DNA of 64,000 nt from Callorhinchus milii (GCF_018977255.1 NW_024704749.1:14632001-14696000); one strand, 5' to 3'; positions 38,833 through 50,524 are shown, numbered from the stretch's first letter. Program-made: numbers and translations. Notes: a model not told the origin generated them from the letters alone.

Positions 38833-41718
38833 CCAGTTTTCTTCCTCTTATCGTGGGCGAGAGAGAAAGTGGTGCGCGATTCACAAATAGGCAGATATTA
38901 GCTTCAAGGAACACAAAGTTAACTCTGACAAACCGGGTTCAGCCCGGTTGAGAATTCGATGGGTAGGAGAGGTGGTGCCATCCCTTCAGTTCCCTTTTAC
39001 AGCACTTAAACCTGCTGTTAACTTTTTTGTTTTTGTCTCAGTTTCTTCATCATCTCCAGCTCCCACCTCCTCTCAAATTTAACCCAGGAATGATTGCCAA
39101 GTGGAGATCTGACTGCCTGCAGTTGAAGGGAACATGATGATCCTGAAAGAGATGTGGGCGGGCAACATCAAAGTAAAGCTTCCTTGACAGTATTTTTTTT
39201 TGACTCGGTCTTCTCATCGCTGAAGATAAAACACCGTTCGTCAGCTGCTGTTCACTGCTGTTTGCGTCTGCCTGGGGGGGGGTGGGGGGGGTGATTCAAG
39301 ACTCTCTCCTTTCAGAAGGGGAAACTTGTGTGGAGCGCTGTGTTGTCAGCAGAGAGCGGAGGTGGTTGGGGGCGGGAGGGGAGTTAGAGGGAGTGGGTGG
39401 TGGGGGAAAGAGGAGAAAGAAAAGGAGCAACGTTCTGTTTGACGAAATTCATTTTGATGGAAGTCACTGTGAACAGGAGCTAATTCAGCTGAAAAGCACA
39501 TCATTTAAATTCTGCTTGGAGGGGCACTCGACTACTTTCTATGGCACTGCCAACAGTAAATGCAAACAGTGTCATTCAATCCCCAGTTTGATATTTGTTA
39601 ATCTTATGGGTGTTGACCCACCTCAGAGTCGTATTGCAAGGGGTGAGGGTGGTGGGGGCTACACTTTGCGCTGAATCCAACCAAGTTGCCTTCCAGGGTA
39701 ACAGTGAGGCACGATGGCTCGCATGTGACTTTCTGGCTTCTATCTAAGCCTTGACTAGAAATGTCCGAATGGAGCAAATCATCAGTGAGTCAGTCTCAAC
39801 GGTTCTCTGTCAGTTCGCCAGATAGAGATCCACGGGGGCAGTGAAAGTGAAGCAAGGCTAATTCAAATGGTTCAGAGGCGCTGTCAACGCGACCCGGTGC
39901 ATGTGCACAGACCTACCAAAATCCCTACGCCTTCTGCAGTTTATGCAGAACAGCAGCAGGGTGCAGATAGACCTCCTTGACATCTGGTCAACTGATAAGA
40001 GAACACGTGGAGTAAGAAAGGAGACCGCGGCGGAAACGTGAGGAGGAAAGGGAACAACCGGTGGTTTGTAAACCAGGGCAGCTTCACACCAGGAGGCTGA
40101 CCAAGAAGTAATAAGATGATTGTTGTTGTTATTGATTGTGTCACAGTTTGCGTGTCCAAACGTGCTGGGAAACCCGCTGAATGTCCGGCAGGGGCTGAGA
40201 ATGCAAAATAATCCTATTCCTTTATGAATCGCGTCTGGAGTGGTTTAGCTCTGTGTTCACACACACACACATACTGACCAAACCTGAAACAGTCTTATCT
40301 GGATCACTCTTATTATGACAAAGTCTTGGGAGCCATTAAGAACGCCCCCCTTTAGCTTGAATCAAACAGAAGCGAACAGGTTTGCGCAGCAAGATTTCAA
40401 CATACCTGCTGGCCACTTAAGAGTCAACTAAAGGGAACAAAGTCTCAGTTTCAAACTTGATCACGACATGGGAATGATATGTATGAGCACTTGGCTTTGA
40501 TCAGTGGCAGATGTGACAGGCAATCCCTGCTCTCCGCAGTCCTCTCTGTGAAGCCCTTCGAGAAGTTCCTGTGTTGCAGGTGCAGTAAAACGCGAGCTCC
40601 TCTACGACAGGGAAGGTTATTTCAGACACCGAGCTATGATGAATACAATTAGTTAGGCAGATGATTTAATAGAGATCAAATTTACAAGTCACCGCTGTAC
40701 ACTTGAGTCATCCTGGGTCACTGTTCACTGCCTTCTCTGTTGGACAATTAGCATGCTCCGTGTCATTGAGCAAATATGCGCTTTTGTCATTGGAAAGGTC
40801 ATGTGTCTATTAATCCCCTCACTAATGCAAATCTATACTTTCAGGATTCAGACACACCTCATTAATTGCTGCATGGTGTCTATATAGTCAGTTTCTGGGT
40901 GCCTTAAACCAGCTCACATACTCCCATCACCAGTCACCCTGTCTGACATGTCCATATTGACCGCAAAGAGATGATTTTGATTTGCCGGGTGGAAGAGACA
41001 GACGGCGATTTCCATTTACAACACGCAGCGCGCGGATAATTAGGACCGAGATTAGCATGGGGAAATGGCATTCTCTGACACGCTGACAGAATGACGTGTG
41101 TAAAAACGACGGTTCCCAAAATGTGCAAATGGATATTCAATCGCGATCGCCTGCTTGGAAGCAACTTTTGTCGGCACTTCGCTTACAAACCACACACTAT
41201 GCTTCACAGGCAGCCCTACATATTAAATATACACAGGCTCACACACAAGCTCCATTCTCTTGAATAAAGCATGATGAAAAAAAGCTAGCCTCAGAAAAAT
41301 CACCCTTTTCTGTCTTTATCTTCCAACTCCAAGCGCATCGAAGCCTGAAATTCCATCCAATTTGAGCCTGTGATGACCATAGTGTTTTAAAATTTAACAT
41401 CACACAGAACTGTGCAAATGTTTTTAGTTTCGGTCCTAATTTGGAAGCCAGGTTTAGTGCAGGTTTGTGTGAGGAACCAACTTCCAAATTCAGCCCGAAT
41501 TGAAGAATTCTCCACAGCGCTGCGCAATTGCACATTTTGTGACAAAGTGGGCAAAAAAACACAGATGGAATTGCTGGCCCAGAGAATACTAATGTTTAAT
41601 TCCTCAACAAAATCGATGCTGGCATCTCTGTATCTCCTAATTCTCTTGGTTTGCTTCCTTTCGACTTGTTTCACTCAGAACGGCAAAGCAACTAACACTA
41701 ATTATTATTGGTCATTGT

Positions 41719-42045
41719 GGAGTCCTGTAGCTCAGTGGTTAGAGCACTCGCTTTGCAAGTGAGAGACCTGAGTTCAATTCCAGGCAGAGGGCGAAACCTT
41801 GGGCAAGTTTCCTTACTCCACACAGAGCCTAATAATAATCCCTCCAAAACCACAAACAATAATAAATTGGTCATTTTCAATCTACGACTGTTTGTGGGAC
41901 ATTGCTGTGCGCAATTGGCTGCCGCGTTCGCCCACAAATATACAGTCAATTCACTTTACAGTGGGTTCTGTGAAGCGCTTTGGGACGTCCTCCTGACGTG
42001 AAAAGCGCTGTATCAAATGCAAGGATTATTATTATTATTATTATT
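41719..42045 (+). mobile_element. Young full-length tRNA-Ala-like SINE
   Basis: A box tagctcagtgg, stem-loop ctcgc-tttgcaa-gtgag, B box gttcaattcc, L2-like 3' end and (ATT)n tail. From memory it resembles SINEs described from elephant shark (Callorhinchus milii). Confidence 0.97.
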
Positions 42046-42190
42046 TGTGGGACACTGCTGTGCGCAATTGGCAGCTGCGATTCGCCCACAAAATACACTC
42101 AGTCACTACACTTTACAGTATATTCTGTGAAGTGTTTGAGACATCTCGGTGACGTGATAAGGCGCGACATCAAATACAAGGATTTTTGTT
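42046..42190 (+). mobile_element. Older SINE 3' half abutting the young copy
   Basis: tgtgggacactgctgtgcgcaattggcagctgcg...gacgtgataaggcgcgacatcaaatacaaggatt. Confidence 0.9.
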
Positions 42191-42194
42191 AGTT

Positions 42195-42272
42195 ATTATA
42201 ATCCTTGCATTTGACGTATTACTTTATCACGTCGTCGAGATGTTTCGAAGCACTTCACAGGATTTACTGTAG
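42195..42272 (-). mobile_element. Older SINE tail
   Basis: ataatccttgcatttgacg...ttatcacgtcgtcgagatgtttcgaagcacttcacagg. Confidence 0.85.
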
Positions 42273-42446
42273 TGTGAGATATAAGGTTTCCACAGCCAGC
42301 CACATCGATGGTGACACTTCACTGGCCAACAGTTCTTTGATGTGGTTGTGGTCGCTTGATCTCTCCCTGCAGTGGAGATAGGTTTCTTTTGTTACCAAGC
42401 CTCTTCCGGTGGGCTAGAGCAGAAGTGATACGTTTTCTCATTAGAG

Positions 42447-42768
42447 TAATAATAATAATAATCCTTGCATTTGATATAGCGCTTTTCACGTCGGGAGGAC
42501 GTCCCAAAGCGCTTCACAGAACACACTGTAAAGTGAATTGACTGTATATTTGTGGGCGAACGCAGCAGCCAATTGCGCACAGCAATGTCCCACAAACAGT
42601 CGTAGATTGAAAATGATCAATTTATTATTGTTTTTGGTTTTGGAGGGACTATTATTAGGCTCTGTGTGGAGTAAGGAAACTTGCCCAAGGTTTCGTCCTC
42701 TGCCTGGAATTGAACTCAGGTCTCTCGCTTGCAAAGCGAGTGCTCTAACCACTGAGCTACAGGACTCC
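42447..42768 (-). mobile_element. Young full-length tRNA-Ala-like SINE
   Basis: Reverse complement of 41719-42045, with about 9 mismatches by eye. Confidence 0.97.
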
Positions 42769-43179
42769 AGTAGATAAAAGCTTGAATGACGATGACGACT
42801 GGAAGGAAGAAGGAAAGCCACAAGTTTTCCACTGGAGGGTTATTGGACTGCTGATGTTTAACAGGACAAAACAAAACGAAAAAAAAAAAAGCCACCATTT
42901 CTATTGTGGCTCTGTGCTGTGATTCCACACCACGAAGGCAAGGTTAATGAAATACTTAAAATGTCAAATTCATTTTCTCAAATTTGACATTCAATTACCA
43001 CTGGATTAATGAACAATTCAAAAGTACTTGCTCCTGCCTTCATGCCAGCAAGCCTCTACAGCTGTGCTGGAAACTATCCGGCCTTCATTTCAGTGGATTA
43101 ATATAATCCTGTTTTGTGTCGCTTCACTGACAAAGCGGGCAGTTTCTGCTGCTGGACTACATCTTGTCGTGCCCGTTAG

Positions 43180-43505
43180 CCTGCCTCGGATGGTGGAACT
43201 CTCACCTCCAAGTCCGGAGTGAGTGAGTGAGTGAGTGAGACGTTAACCTGTGGACCCGTCCTCCTGTTCAGACGGATCCCATGGCACTATTTGAAAAGAG
43301 AAGAAAGTTTCCCCTGGTGTCTTGGTCAACAATCCTGCCCATAAAATTGGCCGATCACGACACCGCGGTCTGTGGGACGTTACTGTGCACAAAGTGTCAT
43401 GTTCGTCAGCAAAATTCAGTCACTACACATTACAGTAAACCCAGTGAAGCGCTTTGAGACATGTTCCCAAAGTGAATGTCGCTCTATAAAATGCAAGGAT
43501 TAATA
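43180..43505 (+). mobile_element. DeuSINE with (GAGT)n at an internal deletion junction
   Basis: Head, then gagtgagtgagtgagtgagtgagacgttaacc, then Deu domain and tail. Confidence 0.8.
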
Positions 43506-44269
43506 TTAATTATTTGAGGTCTGCTTCAATGTAGGTGCATAGACTTGACCAGGTACATAAACTCAGATGTAATCTACGTGTGAACTCATGTACTCAGAGC
43601 AAAGAAAAGTCGAATGATTTGCGAGTCCAAAATTCAAATGGCAACAAGAAACCTCACCCAGGGAGAAAAGATGAGGGAGCTGCCATGTTAAGAGTTTGAC
43701 CACCAGGGTCAAGCATAACATTCATCCTTAATCTCCCATCAAAAGTTTTCAAAGCACAAGTCTAATGGAAGGAGGCTCATTTAAGAGCCAGTCTACCCCC
43801 AACTGAGATCAATTTACTGTCTGTGTCAGTGTAATTCGACTGCACAAAGCAATGCTTCGGTCAATGTGACCTCAAACATAAGGCTTCTGAAGCAACATGT
43901 GCGAGGTGTACCGAATGCTTTTGTTCTCACTAATGGTAAGCAGGATGGATAACCCCAGCTTTGTTATTAAATTGTAAATCCACTGCACAGATTGAGTGCA
44001 AGGCAAGTGCTTTAGAAAGTCACGTGCTAAACAAAAGCCAGGTTTACATTGCTTCTGCCTAAACTTTCTTTGATCTTCAACTGCAGTCAAGTGGACTTTA
44101 TAACCAGCGGGGTCTAAAATTATTATTAACAATAACATGTGGCCGTTGCTATTGGGATTCTGCAATAAGGAAACTTATTTCCTCGCTTCCTCCCTGCCCT
44201 CATTCGAGGCACATCTCAAAACGTACAGTAACTCTTTTACCGTGCTTTCACCTGTAGAAATCTAAGAGA

Positions 44270-44471
44270 ATATCCCTCCTCTTTTCCAGTACTGTCACGG
44301 GATCTGTTAACACGAACAGGCGGATAGGACCTGGATTTAACATCTCAACTGAAAGAGGGCATCAGTGGTAATGTAATGCTTGACCCCAGTGCTCAAACTC
44401 TTGGCGTCGCAGCTCGAACCCTAACACTCTGAACCAGAGGCAAGTGTTCTACCAATTGAGCCAAACTGACA
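44270..44471 (-). mobile_element. SacSINE1-like DeuSINE 5' half
   Basis: gatttaacatctcaactgaaag...tcgaaccc...ctctgaaccagaggcaagtgttctaccaattgagccaaactgaca. Confidence 0.8.
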
Positions 44472-46219
44472 ACATGAATGTCATTTTACAGAAGGCAAGT
44501 ACCTTGCATTGCTGCACGTCTTACTGAAAACACCAACACGCATGGATAACAGCTGCTGAACTTGTCTTGTTCAGCTCTCTTCTACAGCTACTCCTCTTAC
44601 TTACAGTCGTATAACAATACAATACTTATTCTTTGTTGCAAGCAACAGCTTTTCCTAATTATTTACACTACTTACCATATTCTACCAACGGAATCTTTAT
44701 TACAAATGCCTGGTCTATGATATCCAAACTTGCTCTATTGGTTATGAATTTGCAGTGACATTCCCCGGTGTAATCCGTTCAAACTTGTTAGGAGGTTCAA
44801 TCTCGGTTGACTGAAAAGGGCTACGGGCCAAAGCTTTGAACATTGCTGTGTCAGATGGTTCCCATCTTGTTGGCAGAAATATCCAGCGTGAATCTTTGGT
44901 AAATGTGTCAATTGAATACTATTCAGTGGTAAGCCAGAAGCAAATGGAAATATTACAAGAGTGCGTTCTATTTCAATCAGTCTCGTCTTGTAATAGATAT
45001 ATAACTGCACCAATGAAAAGCAAACAATTCACCCACATCTAAACAGTAAACCTCAGCACCATCTCCTGTGTCACTGCAGTCCAAAGCTGGCAATGGATTT
45101 AAGTTGCTTAAGCAATGGCTTGGCCTTGGAAAACGCATAACGAGCATGTGTTTTGGCATTTCCTTTTGCTCTGATAGTGACATCCTGAAAACCGTTTCTG
45201 TATTCTTCTGATTCCGCTTTCGTTATTCGACAAAAACTGGCCTCGAGCAACTTCGCCCGCCGTCAAATGAACTTTTGGCAACCCGATCAACTTAATGCTC
45301 ACAATCCTGATCAAAGTAGCCAACCGTGAAATTGAGCCGCACTACATTGCACACGGCAGGAGATCATGCCATAATGCCCATTACTGTAGCATCTCATGCA
45401 ACAGCATAATAGTTACAAATTCTGTTCTCTCCTCACAACTGCTTCATCATTTGGCTAATTCGATTGCAGTGCAGGTGACTTTGAATTTAAGCTCACCGGG
45501 AAATGAAAGGCACTGGAAACATGCCTCGTTTCACTCACTATTTGACATCAACTGAATTTGCTGGAAATCTCATCTGAAATTCAAGTAGTTTTTTTCCCCC
45601 CCCCCCAATGTAAAAGTGGATAGGAGACATCAGTACAGTTGACATTTGACAATGCGATTTTCCCTGGGACGTAATTTACAATGTTATTGCGTTTTCCATT
45701 CGGAGTTGATGAAATCACCGCAACCTATCGAGAACAGATCCAAAGAAATTAAAGCATCAGAAAGTCTAAGGCCAAGTTCCTTGTAATGAAAAAGGCAAGA
45801 TAATGGGTCACAAGCTTCCCTTGAGGAATTTCTATTCGACACAAGATATTTATGTTCACACCTGAGAGGATGTCATTATACATAAGCGAGTTGGCTTGTT
45901 TGTTTAAACTTGCACTGTTCATCATTCACAGCATCCTTCCAAGTCACCCAAACATGTTCAATTACTGAAATGCAGCGATATGATGTTTGTTACACATATT
46001 TACCTTGCAACTGTCACCCATCTATGTCTTCACGTGCAAGACTAAAGGCTGAATTTTGATTGAAGTCTGCAATCATAGTCAAATCTGTACTTGAAGCAAA
46101 GATTGATTTCACCTCAATGCAAAGCAAATTTACACCTAAAGGACAACTTTCAAGTCAGGAGCATATTGCAAGGTTATCAACAGTAATAATAATCCTTTCA
46201 TTTGATCATAATAATGGCT

Positions 46220-46330
46220 TGGAACCTGAGCTGGGGGTGAGAGACATGGGGGCTGGGGAGGAAAAATATGATCGAAAGCGGGATTCAATGAGGTAGGTTG
46301 TGAGATGGACCTTAAAGGAGGTGAGGGATA
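46220..46330 (-). mobile_element. L2 3' fragment (degraded)
   Basis: cctgagctgggggtg...gaggtaggttgtgagatggaccttaaaggaggtgaggga. Confidence 0.55.
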
Positions 46331-46762
46331 ATGGCTTTGAAGAGATAAATCTTACTCACTCACATTCTCATTACCATTTATAGGACTTCACAAACTTTGA
46401 AGTCCCATTCTTGTCATTTTGAATTTTCGTACCATGATTAATTTTAAACATTATCCAGATATATTGCACCATCTGTATCGGAAAACAAGTGCAGAGTTGT
46501 GAAGCCTAGCTCCACTATATCATGAGTTGCCGAGCACATCAATGAATCTTAGCTTATCAAGGCGAGCAGGGAGGATGTCCCCCACTATTAGAGGAATGAG
46601 ATACGAGCAATGATTAGACCAAGCTCGTGCTCTTCAGTCTTGAGAGAAGACAGGTCAGAGGGAACCTTACAGAAGTGTATAAAATTGTAAATGGGTTTGA
46701 AAAAGTAAACTCAGAACAATACTTTGGGATGCATCAAAACAACAGAACAGGAGGGACGTAGG

Positions 46763-47033
46763 TCCCGCCTCGCTCGCCCGCACTATCGGCGGGCGGGCCT
46801 TCCGCCACTCTGCACCCACCTTCTGGAACTCCATCCCGCAGTTCCTCCATCTCGCCCCCTCCCTCACTACCTTCAGGACCCAACTCAAGACCCTTCTCGT
46901 CGACCGTGCTTTTGATTTCCCTGCTTCCCCCACCCTGACCCTCAGCTCGGGTCCGTAACTCTGTCTGTCCAGCGCCTTGGGACGTCCTCCCGACGTGAAA
47001 GGCACTATACAAATGTCATTTTGTTGTTGTTGT
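46763..47033 (+). mobile_element. Young 5'-truncated L2 LINE (ORF2 C-terminus, 3' UTR, (TTG)n tail)
   Basis: Open frame 46764-46958 PASLARTIGGRAFRHSAPTFWNSIPQFLHLAPSLTTFRTQLKTLLVDRAFDF...* matches the typical L2 GRAF...APxLWNSLP...FKxxLKTxLF. CpG-rich. Confidence 0.9.
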
Positions 47034-47054
47034 TTAGAGTTGCAAATGCCCATT

Positions 47055-47220
47055 TAATAAAAATAATCCTTGCATTTGATACAGCGCCTCAACACGTCTT
47101 TGAGACGCCGCAAAGCCCTTCACAGAATATACTGTAAATTGAATGTGTATTTTGTAGGCGAAACGAGGCAGCCAATTGCGCACAGCAATGTCCCACAAAC
47201 AGTCGTGGGTTGAAAGACCA
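47055..47220 (-). mobile_element. 5'-truncated SINE
   Basis: aataatccttgcatttgatacagcgcc...gcacagcaatgtcccacaaacagtcgtgg. Confidence 0.9.
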
Positions 47221-48079
47221 AAGAGAAGTGAACGGGTTTGCAAGAAGGAGCAATTAAGTCCAAGACACTGGACTCATTTGAGGAAGCTTCATTTAAGAAA
47301 CATCTGACCGCCGTAATGAAGACTATCGGGAATGCTTAAGTTGGAAAGACAAGATCAAATGGACTGAAGGGATTTCCCCATTCTGAATCTCTCCTGCGTA
47401 GCTTTGTGCAGTCATGAAGCTGAACTTCAAAGCAACGTGAGAAAGCTCTCATCGTTACTCTGTGTCAGTCAGTAGCAGGAAGCGTGCCAGACAAATTGAT
47501 CACTTAAGGTCTGCAATTATCACCTCGGTAATTTCCCCGGCCTGCAGAAGATTCAGACTAATTTTAGCGACAATATTTCAGCGCCACTTGCGGTCGCCCG
47601 GTGATTGCTCTTGGATCGAAGATCATCTCCTGTGCGATGATGGAAATTACGGACCGCAGCGTACATTGCTGGTGTCATTATCTGTAACTAGACAGATGCA
47701 CTGCTGGATGATGAGTGTGGAGTGGACAGATGCCAAATTTGATCAGAAAAATAACTCAGGAGAAGAAATGAAGTTCAGTCCTGACGGGCAGACTTTTGAA
47801 AATTGAACCATTTCAAACCACTTTCCCCCAGGATGGAGAATGAGTCTCATTTCTCCCGTCACTTGAAATGACTTGGCAAGTTGACACAGGCTCATGTAAA
47901 TTCATTTTTCTGGGGGTGCCGGGGAAGCAATAAAGGGAACACGGATGGCTCCTTGAATTGTTTGATGGGTCTGAAAGATATTAACATTTAATGGAACAGA
48001 AACACTAGAACCCCATCGTGATGGCATTGTTTTCAGACTTTGAAAGCATCTCGCTTCATTTCTGATGATTCTGTCCCAT

Positions 48080-48198
48080 CGCCCACAAATATACAGTCAA
48101 TTCACTTTACAGTGTGTTCTGTGAAGCGCTTTGGGACGTCCTCCTGACGTGAAAAGCGCTATATCAAATGCAAGGATTATTATTATTATTATTATTAT
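48080..48198 (+). mobile_element. Young 5'-truncated SINE
   Basis: Near-identical to the 3' 120 bp of 41719-42045. Confidence 0.95.
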
Positions 48199-48611
48199 CT
48201 TGCTTTCAAAAAATAAAAATATATTTTGAAAAGAAGGAGGGTACAGGCATTGTTGTATCCTTTTCTCTTCTCTTCAAACTCAGCAAATTCAGGCTGCTTC
48301 GAGAGCCTTGCTTCTGTTTGGACCAAGAAGTAACTGAAGACTTAGCTTGGGATACAGTTCCCCTGAAGACTGCATTGATTGAAAATTTTTAACGTTGTTG
48401 CAGCGGAAGCAAAGGGACCTTCCACCTTTCAATTGTAACTTGAGTTTGTGGATGTCAGTCCCTGAATAAACAAGGCCTCGGTGGGGTCACAGACAAGGTA
48501 TCATAGGTCGCTGATCTTTAGATGACTTTTCTTTGAATTCGAGGTGAGATATTTGAGAATAACAAAACAAGTGTACACGTTACACTGACTGCAATTTGCT
48601 CTTCTGATGAC

Positions 48612-48982
48612 AATAATGATAATCCTTCCATTTGTTGTAGAGCCTTATCACGTCTTTGAGGCGTCCCAAAGCGCTTCACAGAATATATTGTGAAGTGAAG
48701 GTGAATTTGTGGGCCAAATGCAGCAGCCAATTGCGCACAGTAGTATCCAACAAATAGTCATGATTAAGTGACCAAATTGTTGTTTTTTTTGGTGGGGGGA
48801 GGGATTATTATCCCCAAAAAGCAATCCGTCAATTGACTAAAATCAGGGTTCCTAAAACCTGTTAGGTCAACAGAGGTGTGTGGAGTAAGGAAACTTGCCT
48901 AAGGTTTTGCCCTGCCCAGGAATCGAACCCTGGTCTTCTCAGTTGTGAGGCGAGTGCTCTGACCAATACACTACTGGACTCC
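48612..48982 (-). mobile_element. Full-length tRNA-derived SINE, older long subfamily
   Basis: Reverse-complement head ggagtccagtagtgtattggtcagagcactcgcctcacaa, ~61-bp extra segment, and tail. Confidence 0.92.
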
Positions 48983-49319
48983 ATGGAGGTGGTAGATATG
49001 GTCAGTGCAAATGAATGGGTGTGGAGAACAGATACAGTGTCTCTGGCAATGATGTGGGTGTTTTGAGGAAGAGGCCCAGGAGTCTTACAGTTTATATGGT
49101 GTTTGAACATTAAAAAGCAATTATTCCCAGTCAGAGTAATTATCCCAGATCTAATATTTACATCTTCTATGGCTAAGTGCGCGTGAAGACACTAGTTAAT
49201 GTATCATTTGGCTGCTAAGGTTCAAATGCTGATCCATATCTAGTTAGATATCAAAGCAACTTTTGTCAGCCTCAAAATGTTATCAAAAACAAGTCTGATG
49301 TTTTCCTAAGCTTCGTTCC

Positions 49320-49685
49320 ATCAGAAAGCTCTCGGCTCAAGCCCCATGTTGCACATGAATTTGTATCGTCCAGGCTGACACGCCAATGCAGTACTAGGAC
49401 ATGTTGCCACGCTCTCTCTGAGATACTAAACTATCTGCCTATTCGGGCGGACATTAAAGATCCTGTTGCATGACTGGAAAAGAGAAGGGAATTCTTTTTC
49501 TCTGGGCTCTGGCCAATCACCTCCTAATAAAATTGGTTGAAATCTTCATGGCTGTTTGAGGGTCAGATCAGTGCACAAATTGGCTGCCGCGTTCGCCCGC
49601 AATCCACTTTACAGTATATCCTGTGAAGCACTTTGAGACGTCGAGATGATTTGATAAGGCACAGCATCAAACACAAGGATTATAA
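49320..49685 (+). mobile_element. SacSINE1-like DeuSINE
   Basis: tccaggctgacacgccaatgcagtact...ttcgggcggacattaaagatcc...aaattggctgccgcgttcgccc...aaggattat. Confidence 0.85.
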
Positions 49686-50239
49686 TTCAGGATCATCCTC
49701 TTCCCCTTGTAACAAACAAAAATCCAGATGAGAATTGACACAGCAAACCATGGCTGTTTGTACATTTGCTCAAGCACCATCCTAAAAGTGCCAATTGCCA
49801 GCCAACAATGGTTGATGGGCTAAATGAATCCAATCTGCCTCTCCATTTACTGCGAAAATGTTTCTTTTCCGCTCATGAAACTGACTTGCCTAGTTAAATA
49901 ATTCTTGAATGCTAATGCCTCCAGTGTTCGCACTGCGGTTAAGTGTGCACATTTATCAATATTGGCATCTCATTTGCAATTTCAGCGAAACAAATAACAC
50001 AAAACCTGCTCAAGTGTGGCATTGAGCGAACAGGAGCTCCGATCTTCACCTGCGCAAATATTGTACATTTAACCCCATTGACAATTACTTACTTCCGACC
50101 ACAGCGGGTTCCCGGCACAAGCTGAACCCGGTTCGATTTCAATCTCTCCACCCCCCCCCCTTCCAAAATAGAAGAAAATCCATAAAAAAAGGTACTCGAT
50201 GTCTCCATTACATCTATAGGTGGATGGATGCACAGGTCT

Positions 50240-50484
50240 ATAATAATAACAATCCTTGCATTTGATATAGTGTATTTCACGTCTTTGAGACGTCTCAAAG
50301 TGCTTTACAGAATAGACTGTAAAGTGAATTGACTGTATATTTGTGGGCGAAACGCGGCAGCCAATTGCGCACAGTAGTGTCCCACAAACAGTCGTGGATC
50401 AAAAACTGACCAATTTATTATTGTTTTGGAGGGATTATTATTAGGCGTGTGGAGTAAGGAAACTTGCCCAAGGTTTCACCCTGC
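50240..50484 (-). mobile_element. SINE lacking most of the tRNA head
   Basis: Tail through aaacttgcccaaggtttcaccctgcc. Confidence 0.95.
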
Positions 50485-50524
50485 CTTGTGTGGTGCACAT
50501 CCACAGATATCAAGGGACCATGTT

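Larger units (their letters stand above)
46559..47385 (+). mobile_element. CR1 LINE 3' fragment split by two later insertions
   Basis: RRAGRMSPTIRGMRYEQ*, LFSLERRQVRGNLTEVYKIVNG...NNRT. Resumes at 47034-47054 and again at 47221-47385 (aagatcaaatggactgaaggg). Confidence 0.75.

Noticed and set aside
41719-41792. tRNA-Ala(TGC) gene (also at 23402, 42768, 52697)
   Set aside because: The acceptor stem does not pair properly, and the sequence runs straight into a multi-copy body and (ATT)n tail. These are SINE heads.
41698-42821. Recurrent ORFs such as MTVYLWANAAANCAQQCPTNSRRLK and MVIVESCSSVVRALALQ
   Set aside because: Translations of the same SINE in several copies, not a gene family.
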